A stretch of 64,000 bases of DNA from a virus (IMGVR_UViG_3300028914_000062:70924-134923); one strand, 5' to 3'; counted from the first letter of the stretch, positions 25,792 through 38,103 are shown. Made by a program: numbers and translations. The notes: generated by a model not told the origin, from the letters alone.

Positions 25792-27080
25792 TCAGTATCT
25801 TCCTCCTTCTCATCACGAGAAGTGCGTCCCTCATTAATTGGCTCTGGAACTTTATATTCTCGATCCATAAGCTCTTTAATTTCTTCCATTGAAAGACCTT
25901 TATCTCTAAATTCTTGCTCGAGTTCAGCTAAAAGTCTCCCTTTAATTTCTTTCGCCTTGACAAGTCTTAGAGCTTCTTTGGTGTCGTCTAATTCTTTTTG
26001 TAATTTTTCAAGATATTCTCTTTGATCTCTAAGAGCCAAGAGATAATCTTGTTCACTAAGGTTTAATTGTTTTATAATGGACTAAGTAGAGATATCGGCA
26101 ATATGCCTAATACTACTACTCGTCGCAATATCATAATAATTTGTGATGGCATCATCATAGTTTTCTTCAGTCATTTCACGCATAGCACCAGACAAAGTGC
26201 CGGCGCCTTTACTCTTCGCATTTGCATACTTCGAAGAGAAACCATGGTCCTTACAGAAGTTAGTAACTATTCGCTGCTGCTCAGTTCTAAGTTCATTCAA
26301 ACTTTCGATCTCCGCAGCGTGCTCTGTGATTGATTCTGGAGAAACGGTTAATTGTGCCAATGCCTCATCAAAACGACTCATTTGTTCAAACGACTTAACG
26401 ACCGTTATAGCCGCTTTTTGACGAACCAGGTCGTTCTTCATACTTTCATCAATCATTTGGGAAAGGTCGCGATAAAGGCTAGGACGCCTTTCGATTGGTT
26501 CTTTCTCAAAAGGATCGTATAAGAAAGTCGCTATAATATCCTTCCTGTTTTCAAGATCTTCCTTTGTCAACTTCATTTCATCTTCTCTGAATTGCGTATA
26601 TTTATCAATCAAGAGATATTCCATTTGTTGATCAAATGAAAGACCCGTATAGTCTTCATTGAGCTTGTCACAGACAATCTCAAAATAACTATCTGGAAAA
26701 TTACGATTTTTGCCCTCCATAATGAGCTACTTTAAAAGCGCGTGATCAAAGTAAATGTCGTTGATATAACATAGTTTCATCATCGTTTTAATCTCATCAT
26801 GTTCAGGGTCTTCTTCAAGTAAAATCTTATAAAATTTTGTTGTACATTTCTTACAGAGCGGACCAACTGTATAAGTTTTAAATCTTGCAAATCTACCAGT
26901 AATACCAGAGTTACGCCAATAAGCATAACCTTTTCGTTGTTCGGTACAACCCATGCAAGTTTTTCTTTCTCTGTAAGCGTCTAATAATTTAAGAGAGCCC
27001 CATTGTTCTACTTTTTGTGGCTCTTCTTCTTCGATATCTTCGGTATCTTCTACTTCCTTTTCTAATTCCTCTTCAGCCAT
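25788..27080 (-). CDS. Putative terminase small subunit, N-terminal zinc finger (430 aa, code 15)
   Basis: Three same-frame fragments joined at TAG 26727 and 26082; CxxC..CxxC; ATGA overlap with terL. Confidence 0.6.
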
Positions 27081-27177
27081 GTTAGGCTCTCCTTTCTATA
27101 TTAATTATGCAAATATGCACTATTATCTACTAATTTATCGTATAATTTGTCAAATTTGATAAATTAGCACATATTAA

Positions 27178-27206
27178 TGCAGGGGCCTCGTAAGAGACCC
27201 CTTGCA
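27178..27206 (-). terminator. Terminator-like hairpin
   Basis: GCAGGGG..CCCCTTGC inverted repeat after the phosphoesterase gene. Confidence 0.45.
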
Positions 27207-27208
27207 CA

Positions 27209-28465
27209 TTAATCAAGATTTATTCTAAAGTCAAGATCGTTTTTGCCATCAAAAACTATCAGCGTCTGCGACGGTCTCGAATACAGACTCTTCTGCATTG
27301 CATAAGTATCGACACCCTTAAGAGATCCGTTTACATAAACTTTCGCAGAGTTAAACTCTTTCGTCTTCGCACTGTGGAAATGTCCCAGGCAAATGTAATC
27401 AATATACGACTGCAAAGCACCGGTAAAATTCTGATAAGCTGTATCAGTCGCAAAAGTATGACCGTGAGCATATCCAACTTTTCTGCCATCCCAGAGTTTA
27501 AATACTCCCATAGTATCGCTCATATTTTCAAACTCGAATATAACATTCTCAACATTACTGAGCTGAAGCCTCATCTGAAGCGCCCAGTTAATGAGATAAA
27601 TCAGATTATCATCATCAGTGGATTCTTTCCAGTTCTGAATAACTCGATCATGGTTACCAACGCAACTCCTATATTCAATGCAATCAACATGTTCTGCAAC
27701 AGTTGTAAGGAAGTGAGCGAGAAGCTCGGTTGCCTGAATAACCTGATCGCAAGTATTAAGTTCGTTTGTTACTCGAACAGTTACGTGTATTTCTCCTTCG
27801 ATAAGATCACCAAGATCGAGCACGTGAAGCGTGGTAATATGAAACATTTCGCAATATTTAATAACTTCCTGCGCGAGTTTTTCCACTCTCTTAACCGCAA
27901 TCTCATAATCAAACTTGTTATAAAAATTATTCACATAGCTGCCTATGTGCCAGTCAGAAAGAAGGAATATACCTTCGCGGGCATCGTTAGGATCAAGATG
28001 ACCGCCTTGTCTCTAGAACTTAAGAGGAGGCATGGTCTTAATCGCTTCAACAAGTCTATCTTCAAGAACACCAAGTCGGGCGTCTTTTCTTAACTCGCTA
28101 CGATACTCTCTTACTGCATCTCTGGCAGTGGTCATTGTCTTATAAAGCTCAGCCGCCTTCTGTTCCTCTTCTGTCTTCTCTGGGTTGAGAGGAGAAACCG
28201 GCTCATCTGGGACCGCAATATAATCAGGGTTCTTGGGAAGGGTTCCATCTTTTTCCTGGCGATGCTTTACCCAAGCTCTGAGCTGTTCGCCGCTATCTTT
28301 TGGTGTGTGGAGTGCTTCATTCAATGCCGCCCAATTCTTTTCAGTATGCGGGAGAAGTTTATACTTTAAACCAATCGCATAAATATCGTCAAGGGTCAGC
28401 GTGCCATTGTCAATCTTGTCGGTGTATTCTGTTAAAAATTCCTAGAACTGTTCCTTAGTAATCAT
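27209..28465 (-). CDS. Calcineurin-like metallophosphoesterase (418 aa, code 15)
   Basis: SDWH, GDLIE, GNHD, HGH and GHFH motifs; joined at TAG 28013 and 28442. Confidence 0.85.
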
Positions 28466-28588
28466 AGAATCTTTCCTTTCGCGTCTTATATTTTCAGTGA
28501 ATTTTTCTCGTTATTTTGCACTTTGCAGTGCTTTTCTTCCCTTTCTCAATACCAATGTTTTAGGTCATGGTCTAATTTATCTATGGTA

Positions 28589-29641
28589 TTATTGCACATT
28601 CTAGACTGTATTTTGTTTATGAGTGGCCTTTTTAGGGATATTTTTAATATCGGCCGCAAAATAATACTTGCTTCCAGAGAGAGATCGTCGAGCGCAAAAC
28701 TCTCCTGTACGGTCCCATCTGGTTAGCGTATGAGGATTAACTCCACATAATTGAGCAAATTGTTTCATATTCAGCATGGTGCAGTTCTCGCAGTATTTTT
28801 GAGGGCGGCGATCATGAGCATATGTGTAAAACTCCTAACCACAATGAGCACACTTTACTAAACGATTAAACTTCGATTTACACTCGTCACATAAATCTGT
28901 TTGTTTCTGATAGTGCTCTCCAACGATTATCTTCTACCCACACTTACTGCAGTTTACAGATCCTTTGTCACAAAGAGATAGAATATCCTCAATACCGGTT
29001 AAATCGTTATCCGTGATCACAAGGGGTATCCCATTGTAATCAATAGTCTTCCCAGAGTCTTTGATGTTATAATCAATCAGAACCTTCATCTGGACTTGTG
29101 CCCTTAAAGGGTTCAACTCAGTCTCATACAAATGCAGCTGTTGGTTCCATGTCGCCATCTTCTATCTCTTTGAAGGTTTCATATCGTGCTCCATACCGAT
29201 TTTCTTAAGAATAACACTTTCAACGGTCAATGAAGAATACGGGAATGGCTAAGAGGGGAATACCTTGGACATTGCCAATAGGCACACCAAATATTTTCTA
29301 AACCATTGCGCCACAGGTAGAGAATTGATATAATCCAATTCCTCCTACCAAATCTTCGCTGGCCGATAATGCGTCGAGTACAACAAGTTCTTTTGCATCG
29401 ATATTGACCAGATTAGATTAAACCCTGCTCTGAGATCGTCAATATCGTGATAGAGATTATAAGACTCTGTCATCGGGTTCTCTGTCTTCTTCCAGATTTC
29501 AAAGATTTCTTCCTTGGTCTTCTTCTCCTCTGTGTATAAATACTAACAGAGCGCTACCTCTTCAGAAAAGATCTTGTACTTGGTTAAGTACTTACCCGTC
29601 TATAAAACTTGCTATATACTCTTGTTATAATCTAAAAGCAT
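28589..29641 (-). CDS. Putative transcription regulator with zinc ribbons and a C-terminal MerR-like HTH (350 aa, code 15)
   Basis: ATG 29641 with AAGGAG RBS; CSKC/CDEC/CAHC/CENC; LNMKQFAQLCGVNPHTLTRWDRTG; about 9 TAGs. Confidence 0.65.
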
Positions 29642-29670
29642 AGGGGTCTCCTTTCTAATATGCTGTCCAT

Positions 29671-29711
29671 AGTATACCACACTTTTTCTTATTTGTCAAG
29701 TGATATATCAC
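29671..29711 (-). promoter_or_regulatory. sigmaA promoter with palindromic operator GTGATATATCAC
   Basis: TTGACA-17-TGnTATACT; perfect 12-bp palindrome abutting the -35. Confidence 0.8.
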
Positions 29712-29789
29712 TATTTTTGAAATTTTCTTTAACTTTCTCCCTTATCTTTCAGTTAATCTATAATTCTGCATAAAACTCTAATTTCATTG

Positions 29790-30175
29790 AATATTCATAC
29801 TAGTATGCATATCTATACTAGTATATATATAAAATATTAATAATACGCGCATGTTTATACACGCACGCGCATACGCGGGAATAATTACTCAAATAATTAT
29901 TAATATTTATAATTATATTAATAATATAACACACTACAGGGCTTTATTCTGCTATAAGCCCCTTTCTTTGCTTCTTTCTTTCCGGGGAAAGAAAGAAGTC
30001 TTTCTTTTGGTATCTTTTCTTTCTTTAGAAAGAAAAGTACAATTTACTAAAATAATATAATATATTATATTCTCTTTATTTTCTCTTTATGTTACTTTCT
30101 CTTTTCTTTCTCTTGAGGGATTAACGCTTCGCGGCGCGCACACGCACACACGCGTATTATATATATAAGCAAAAA
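29790..30175. other. Candidate replication origin / AT-rich control region
   Basis: Non-coding gap at the strand switch; AT-rich; hairpins at 29971-29998 and 30014-30037; flanking CGCG/CACG tracts. Confidence 0.4.
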
Positions 30176-30188
30176 AATTTTTAAAAAA

Positions 30189-30229
30189 GTGAAATATCAC
30201 TTGACAAATAGAAAGGGATATGGTATAAT
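30189..30229 (+). promoter_or_regulatory. sigmaA promoter with operator GTGAAATATCAC
   Basis: TTGACA(30201)-17-TGnTATAAT(30224). Confidence 0.85.
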
Positions 30230-30271
30230 AAAGGGGATAAAGAGAGTTTTCAAAAAAATTTTTTCAAAATA

Positions 30272-30312
30272 GTGATATAGTACTTGACAAATAGGGTACT
30301 ATGTGCTATAAT
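30272..30312 (+). promoter_or_regulatory. Second tandem sigmaA promoter with degenerate operator GTGATATAGTAC
   Basis: TTGACA(30284)-17-TGnTATAAT(30307). Confidence 0.8.
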
Positions 30313-30371
30313 ATTAATAACTTAAGGGGGATCATCCCCAAGACAACACCCAGGAAGGATGAGCAACAAAA

Positions 30372-30980
30372 GTGAGCCTTATATCAAAAACAAATCTCTT
30401 TATCGACTTTGATGATACAATCGTCAATTCTGCAGAGACTATAATCAAAATACTAAACGAACGCAATTGTACCAGAAAAACAATTGTCGATCTGAAAGGC
30501 TGGAATTTTGAAGGAATAGCCTAGTGCTCCAGAGAAGACGTTATAGCGCTCTTTGAGAGTTAGAGCTTTTTCGATCGTTTAACCTTTCAGCCCGGCTTTT
30601 AGGAATTCTTAAACAATTATGCGAACAAGTTTAACTTAAATGTCGTATCCATTGGAACCGAAGAAAATCTGGCCAAGAAAAAGCAATGGCTGGATAAGAA
30701 CCTTCCCAAAGGAACGAAGTATCATCTAATCTCTTCTAACGTGGAAGGAAAGTTTGATAAGTCCTCCATCGATATGTCTAAGGGCATATAGATCGACGAT
30801 CGTACTGATTGCCTGCAAACCAATGCCGGTATCAAAATATTACTAAAAGACTATGAGTTTCCGTGGAATAAGACTACGGGCACAGAAGACAACCTCTACA
30901 TAGCCTCCTCTTGGAAGGAAATTGTAGAAATAATTTTATTCTTCGATAAAAACAAGAAAATGATTTGCCCCTGCTACTAA
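30372..30980 (+). CDS. HAD-family 5'(3')-deoxyribonucleotidase-like protein (202 aa, code 15)
   Basis: LFIDFDDTIVNS (motif I), K..WL, GI(TAG)IDD (motif IV), PWN; 4 TAGs; absent from the ORF track. Confidence 0.85.
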
Positions 30981-31001
30981 TTACAGAAAGAAGGCTTTGA
31001 T

Positions 31002-33800
31002 TTGCCCGTTAGACAAAACCTGTATTAGATCTATAAGCTGCCTTCCTCGCTTATAGTGAAAAATAATTGCAACATCCCCTCATACACAATCAAACAGGCC
31101 AGAGCCGAAAATACGCTTATTTCCATCAGTGATAACTTGGTCTTCCATCAGATTAGAAAGTACTACAACGATTTACGGACGCCCGATTAGATTTACGACT
31201 ATGTTTAGTCCTTGCGCTCCAGTTTAAGATATTATCGTCGTGAAGGCTTAACCAAAGAAGCCAATAACATTAACAACCAGATCACTTCTGTTCTCTTTGT
31301 GAAAGATATCATCAACATCGAGGTTATTAAAAAATCCGATTACAAACAATTTGGTGTGAAAGGTTTTGACGTCAATGGCATTCACTATAGACGGTTCTGC
31401 TGCGGATCTGGTCAAATGCGAAGAAACACAATCACCTTTATCAACGAGGAACTTTACGACACAATCTTTACCAATCTAATGTGTGACTTGGGTCACCGAA
31501 TTAGTGAATTTAATCTGGCAAAGTATCATGCATATTTTGCGTTGGCATTTTCCTCAGTGCTTTGGGTCAGAACCCCAAGGGTTTGTGTTATCAAAGATTA
31601 TTATCGCACCCTTAAAGAGGAACCGGTCGATTTTATTACTAAAAAGAACGGCAAGTCAATAGTGGAACCTCGCCACATGGATATCGAACTTAACTGCGCA
31701 GATGGTCAAGGGCTTATTGATCCATCATTCGCTGCACAATGGGCAGAAGACATGGCACAAGATTATGTTCCTTCGTCTTTTGTGGTACGAAGCGTATTTA
31801 TCAAAGGCAATTTGGTCCCATTTGATTTTAGAGCATACGCCAAATCGTAGGGAATTGACAAAATATATGACAAGTGGGGTAGGTCTTATCCCATAGACGA
31901 AATCGATGTCATCTTAAGCGAATCGCAGTTCAAGATGCACAAGTATTACAGCTCTTGGCAAGAATACAAAAAATATGCCGACGCTGCTGATATTAAATGG
32001 GGCGTTGCGAGATATAATAGAAAACGCGATGACGAGTTCGTACAAGCGAATTATCAATATATTTAGACCCTGGGTATTAACAAAGAAGATACCATCAAAA
32101 TGATCTAGCCGACGATCGATTGGATCCATAAGATTTGCTCCGGTGATGAACTATTTGGTTTATTGTTTGCAATAGGCGGAGGGTGCGGAGATTTAAGCTA
32201 CGACTCTTTATTACGAGCGACCGAATCCACTGCCATAAAGGCCGTCGTTAAGAATCACGAAATGATTCACGATGGATATATTCAGGCCAAAATGTATAAA
32301 ACCATTGCGCGTCTTATTGAGAAAGCAAAGATTGGTAAAATCTGGGTCCACGGCAATTATCAATTTATGATTTCTGATCCTCTTGCGCAATGTCAAAGTG
32401 CTCTTGGCTTGGAACCGAAAGGTTGCTTGGGCAAAGATGAAATCTGGTCCAAATTCTGGACAGAGAGATATCCCGAAGGCCGCACCATTGACCTTTGCCG
32501 CAGCCCGATGATCGATGAACATGAACACAATCCCATGCTTTCAATTGCATAGAATGAGACCGTTGATGAATGGTTTAAATATATCAAGAGTGGCATAGTG
32601 TTTAATACTTACGATACCAGTACCTTGAGAGCAGAAGATGCCGACTTTGATGGCGACATTGTGTTTTCTACTGACAACGATTACTTTATCAATGGCGCTC
32701 ATAAAGACCACAATATCATTACTTACGAAAAGGGCTCCGCTCCACTGCAAAAGGTTACTCTGGAGAACCAGGTTAAAACCGATATACGGGGACTTGGGAC
32801 TGGTGTTGGTGGATTCAGCAATTGTGCCACAATTATTGAGACCATGAAAGCACAGTTTTTACAAGATAATCAAAAGTCTCAATATGATGAATTGTGCCTC
32901 AGAAAGAAGCTTCTTCGAGAGATTGTGGGACAAGAGATCGATCGCATCAAAGGTTCTGCTGCTCCCGTCCTTCCCTCTGAATGGAAGCATTTTGAAACCA
33001 TTAACGAAGACGACGATGATGCCACCAAGGCAGAGAAATACCGTCACAATTCAATGGTTCTTTCCAAGAAGCCTTACTTCTTCAGATATCTTTATCCAGA
33101 GTTAAATCAGAAATATAAGCGCTATGAGAATGCTTATAATACGATTGCTCAAGCTCAGTTCGGTGCGAAGTTTAAGAAAGTCCTTGGCAAATAGAATAAA
33201 ACTCCTACTGAACTTCAACTTGTAAAAAGATTTTACAAGTTCAGTCCTCTACTTGATTCTCCCTGTACGATGAACAACATCTGTCACCTTTTCGAACACG
33301 AAGACTTTAGAATCAAGTACGATAGAGAAAACATTTCTCTTCTCCCCACTTTCGACGATGAGTTCGAATTTGATCCGGAGAAGTTAACATAGATCAAAAA
33401 AGCATACAACATATTCTCTTCGAGGATGCAGCTCCATGCCTTGGAAAGAGCCTGGGATATCTACAATACCACAGACTCCACAGCGTCGCTTCCTTACTCA
33501 ATTGAAGAAGAAGATTACGTCAGAATGAGAAAAACTCTTCTTGATCTCCTTCGCACCAATTGTTGGGATATCATGCGCGGCATCTCCTCAAAAGAGTTTC
33601 TGTATTACTGCGGACAACTATCCAAAATTTACAGACAGTTCAACTGGGGCTTTGCCTGGGATATGCTTGGAGAAAACATTATTGATTTAATCCCAGAAGG
33701 AGAAACAGTGGTTCCCGTAGAAGATCCAAATGGACAAGAATACTTGGGCAAAACTTATATTCTTAAGTCTGTCCCTCATGAAAAGGAGGAAACGCCGTGA
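31002..33800 (+). CDS. YonO-like single-subunit two-barrel RNA polymerase (932 aa, code 15)
   Basis: Catalytic DADFDGD, ADGQGLI, IKG, SQFK, NYQYI(TAG)TL, RSP and EID; four track fragments in one frame; 9 TAGs. Confidence 0.9.
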
Positions 33801-34381
33801 CCAAAAATCAACAAACTCTTGGACAAATAATGTTTATGAACTTAATGATGGGCAGAATCATTGTACCAGCTTCAGTATTCAAAGAGCTTATACCGGATAT
33901 CAAACCGGAGGAAGTTAAAGAGTTCTGGAATATGATCCCCGAGTCTCCTCCTTTTCCCAATTTGAAAGAGCCCGTATCCTTGCAATGTCCTCACCCAAAG
34001 AATCTTATGTTCTGGCTCTTCTTTAACTGCGGCATTTCAAACTCATTATCCTTTAATGCCAAAGCAATAAACGAACCAGCAATTGCGGTTGAGTTAACCA
34101 GTCAAGAAGAAGCGTTGCTTGCCTGCCTCGAAGACGCTGATGTCGGCGCTTATGTAAGAGCCTTATGTTGTTATCGTACTCTGCACCCTCATCAATCAAA
34201 CTGGATCAAGTACGATGAGAACGAGATCTTTAAACTGGCTGGATTGAAGCCGGAGAAGAAGAAAGAAGTTTACAAGAAGATAAGAGAAAAATACCCCGAT
34301 CTGATTGAGTTCAGAGTTATGGGGAAGAATACTCCGATCTCTTGCTTTAAATTAAATATAACAGGAGAAGAAGAGTCATGA
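33797..34381 (+). CDS. Hypothetical protein (194 aa)
   Basis: GTGA overlap with the RNAP stop; RBS. Confidence 0.65.
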   Translation: MTKNQQTLGQIMFMNLMMGRIIVPASVFKELIPDIKPEEVKEFWNMIPESPPFPNLKEPVSLQCPHPKNLMFWLFFNCGISNSLSFNAKAINEPAIAVELTSQEEALLACLEDADVGAYVRALCCYRTLHPHQSNWIKYDENEIFKLAGLKPEKKKEVYKKIREKYPDLIEFRVMGKNTPISCFKLNITGEEES

Positions 34382-34701
34382 AATTAAGAAAGCCTCCTTT
34401 CCCCACCTGGGAAGAAATATGTCCTCCTCATAAGAGATACACAAGCACCAAAAACAAATTAATAATCGACTGGCACAATGTGGTTGGTCCCAACTGGGGA
34501 TTTCCCTTCGATATTTACGTCACGTGCAAGGACGGCTGGTTGGAAGTCGGACTGCAGTACAGCAAGGATCAAAAAATTGTCGCAGGACATAAGACCAATG
34601 GCTGGGTTAAGACACAACCGATTTATGAAGCGATGGTTAAGTGGGTTATAAAGGATTATCGAAAGCTCTTTAAAACCCGAATATGCGAACATTTTCCGTA
34701 A
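34378..34701 (+). CDS. Hypothetical protein (107 aa)
   Basis: ATGA overlap. Confidence 0.6.
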   Translation: MKLRKPPFPTWEEICPPHKRYTSTKNKLIIDWHNVVGPNWGFPFDIYVTCKDGWLEVGLQYSKDQKIVAGHKTNGWVKTQPIYEAMVKWVIKDYRKLFKTRICEHFP

Positions 34702-34712
34702 GGAGTGATTAT

Positions 34713-36944
34713 ATGAAAGCAGAAGAACTTAAATTAAAATATAATATAGCGCCCGATACCGGCGAGGATATGACTCCTCGCTTTCAGGCGTTTATTGATG
34801 AAGAGAAAGAGCCTTATATGCAGCTCAAGGCTGGAGAGTATATCTTCAAAGGTACCTTGCATATAAGAGCTGACGCGGATCCGGATTCGACTTACGGCAT
34901 GTTATCAATCGAAGGTGAAGGCGCCAAGATCAAGATCGAGTCCAATTTATGGATTAACTGCCAATGCAGAAAAGGAATAAATGAGAGGGATATATCAACC
35001 GTTCATTTAAGAGATCTTGAAGTGACCGGACCAGGAGCAACTGTTGTTGAGTCCCAGAGCATTGTATCTATAAAATATTGCAACTTCCATGATTTAAAGA
35101 CCATTGCAAGGGTTTCAAAGGAAGGGTTTCATACCTTTAAGCATCTTAAAATTAATAATGTCGAAACCGCCTTTGAACTTTCTCATATGGCACAGTTCGC
35201 AACGTTTGATAGCATAACCGCAGAAGATATCGGCACATTTTTATTCTTAAGAGCAAGAACACCTGTAAGCACAGGCATTGTCGTTGTCAGATGTCATATC
35301 AAAAGATCTTCCAAATGGGCCATTGATATTGATCAAGGCGGAGGAGATACTACATATATTTATGATTCCAACTTCGAGGAATGCAAAGGAGGAGTCAAAT
35401 TAAGAGCCAGCTTATTCGATAAGTTATGGTCTTGCTCCTTTGAAAAGTGCGAAACCGGAATTGAATGGATGGGCTGTGTCAATGGGGGACATATTTCTTA
35501 CTCCTTCTTTGACGAGTGTGACAAGGGTGTTCATATGATCGGAACTGGAGAATGTTCCATCGGAGACTGCATATTTCAAAATAATAAACTGGATGTTGAA
35601 GTCACTTCATGCAGATGGCTTGGTTTCAATAACAACATCTTTGGAGAGCATTCTTTCGAATGGAACGGCTCAAACGGAAGGTGCAAGGTCTGGGACTGCT
35701 CGTTCAAAGGAAAGGAACCTGCATGGCCGGTATTATGTGAACACTGGAATAACTTTGAAGATGTCGATTACTTAATGAGACAGACGACATTTACTGAAAT
35801 TGATGTTCCTCCTGTTCCGATTAAGAGACTTGGAGCGGGAAGGTTTTATAAAGCAGAAGGCAACGAGTTCGACGGCTGCGGAAGAGGCTTGACCGTTATC
35901 AAGGGAGTCAAGTTCGAAGGAGAAAGTCTCAGATTAAGAAATCTGACCTTGCTTGATTGTGAGATCGATGTCAAGGATTTGGAAATCAAGGATTGTGTCA
36001 TAAGAGGCAAAGAGGTCGGATTCAAAGCCTCCGGAGAAGTCGATATTGATGGGTTGTATATGGTACAAGTTTAGAAGGGGTGTCAATTGAAGGGGTGCAC
36101 AGGGGTTATTAAAAACTTCCTTTGTGTTGGCAATCCGGATTACTTCATCGAGGCTGAGAATTGTCATGATATGGATTTTGAGAATGTTATTGCAGCGACG
36201 GAGACGAAAGATGTTAAACTGACCAGATGCAAGAATATGAGATTTAACTTTGGAGGACTTGACGGTTTCACAGAGCATAAGTGGGAGATCACCGAATGCG
36301 ACGGGATCGATATCAGAAACATGTTTATGAGTTCTGCGAGGAGCGCTTGTCTGATTGAGAAGAAGTCAATGAATCTGACGATGAGTGATTGCACTCTTAA
36401 CTGGAGCAATGATGTTGTTGACGGTCTTGCAAGGATTGAAAGGATTGCAATAAATCAATGCAAGCGTGTTAAAAATATGATTGGCGGTTTCGTTTACGAC
36501 AGAGGCGAACTCATCGAATGCAAGGGAGCATTCAGACCGGAGGATAATATTGAAGAATGGTGCGGAGAAGAAGAGGACTGGAAATATTATCATTTTAAAA
36601 ATCAAGATGGTCCTTGTACTCTTAAGTATAATAGTGGTTGGAGAGAAGGCAATAAGATTATTGTCTGCGACTGCAACTGGTTCGCCAGTCTGATTATGGT
36701 TAGCAAGAGACGGATTAAGGGAAAGGTTAAGATTAAGGTTACGAGACCGAGGACCAGGTACGGCTGGGACGAGAGCAAGTTGCACGGAGCCGTTGTTGGC
36801 TGGAGCGATAAAATGGCACCAAAAGTAATGAAGAGGATCGAGGACGAGTGGGAAGGAGAAGTCGACGGTTACTTGACAATTGGGGGAGTCGCTTACGGAG
36901 CTGCTGGTGTCGAGGTTGAGTACTGGATTGATGAGATAAAATGA
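34713..36944 (+). CDS. Right-handed beta-helix (pectin lyase-like) protein (743 aa, code 15)
   Basis: D.T..FQAFID....L.AGEY N-terminal cap; repeated CxF/GI beta-helix rungs; single TAG at 36072 joins two track ORFs. Confidence 0.7.
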
Positions 36945-37432
36945 AAGGAAGAAAGAACATGGAAAAGACAATGAGCGAAAACGAATTTATTAAGAAAGCA
37001 GAGGCTTATATTGAAAAATTTTATCCCGGCAAACAAATTTTAAAGCATGCTGAGTGCGTATACGTCGATGAAGACATGGCAATTATACGCGACAGAACCT
37101 ATGGAGAAAAGGATGAAGTTTTTTATTGTCCGGTTTATAAGAAAGGCAAGACGGTTACGGGCAAGCCTGATGAGAGATTGGTATAGGAGATTTATCCTTT
37201 GGAGAGATGGTTTAATGAGGCCGATATGATTGAAGCGGTTAAGATTGCTGAACAGGCAAGGAAGGATCTGCTGCCAATTCCTACGATTATTAAAAGTATT
37301 GGCAAAGAGGACAATAATATTGTGGTTTGTCCGGAGTTTAGTTATAGTTGGAGCGCGGATAAGAATGGTATTTGGAAAAAAGATGGCAAAATAAAAATCG
37401 AAGTTAAGGACGATGAAAATGGAAAGATTTGA
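36941..37432 (+). CDS. Hypothetical protein (code 15)
   Basis: 36941-37186 ends TAG and is in frame with 37199-37432. Confidence 0.6.
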
Positions 37433-37444
37433 AAAGACTGGGGA

Positions 37445-37753
37445 GTGGATGGTTTGAAAGATAAATATTATATTAAATTGAAGACTTATAATCCGCTGGC
37501 TGCGAGGTATGGTTATTTTGATAAGGGCAATAAGGCAGAAAGCTTATTGGAAGATGCCGGGATCAAGGTTAAGAGTCAGACAGTTTTTACGAATGATGAT
37601 GGCTGGCAATTTATCATTTGCAAAATCCCGAAGAAAAGAAGCGATGAGTTTGAGAGGGTCATGGAGAAGTTAAAGGATAAATTATTGATCTGCGGCGAAA
37701 ACCTGGAAGAGGTCGACGAGATCATGGACGCTTTTGAAAGGGCAATGATATAA
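37445..37753 (+). CDS. Hypothetical protein (102 aa)
   Basis: ORF ending TAA. Confidence 0.55.
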   Translation: MDGLKDKYYIKLKTYNPLAARYGYFDKGNKAESLLEDAGIKVKSQTVFTNDDGWQFIICKIPKKRSDEFERVMEKLKDKLLICGENLEEVDEIMDAFERAMI

Positions 37754-37793
37754 AGGGTTGTTGGTAAAGGAAGAGGAAGAAGAGGAAGAAGAG

Positions 37794-37826
37794 GAGAAGA
37801 TCTGCGATGGCGGGTCTTCTTTTTTT
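37794..37826 (+). terminator. Intrinsic terminator ending the RNAP operon
   Basis: AGAAGATCTGC/GCGGGTCTTCT stem plus T7. Confidence 0.75.
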
Positions 37827-38103
37827 ATGGGGGGGAGATGAAGAGGGCGAAATCTGGGTTGGGTCCTATTTTTGACGTGGTGTAGAGAGCTTAAAATAAA
37901 AAAGAGAGCCTAAAATGTAAATTAGGTTCACTTTAAAAGCTCTCTATATTGGACCATCCGATCAAAAACTCAGGATGATTGGATGATTCAATTGGTCGCC
38001 GTCATTTGACCGATCAAATCGGTGGGCTTGGCGCACCCGACAGCAAGGAGTTCAAAATGAACTTAAAAAACAATCCTTGCTGACCTTTAGGAGGTGCTTT
38101 CAA

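Noticed and set aside
31002-33800. RNA-dependent RNA polymerase of an RNA virus or RNAi pathway
   Set aside because: DxDGD two-barrel enzyme in a dsDNA phage with SPbeta-like synteny fits the DNA-dependent YonO family
1-37432. Mass pseudogenisation of a decayed prophage
   Set aside because: Interruptions examined are all TAG, never TAA/TGA or frameshifts; catalytic motifs are intact; a TAG aligns with Gln in a paralog
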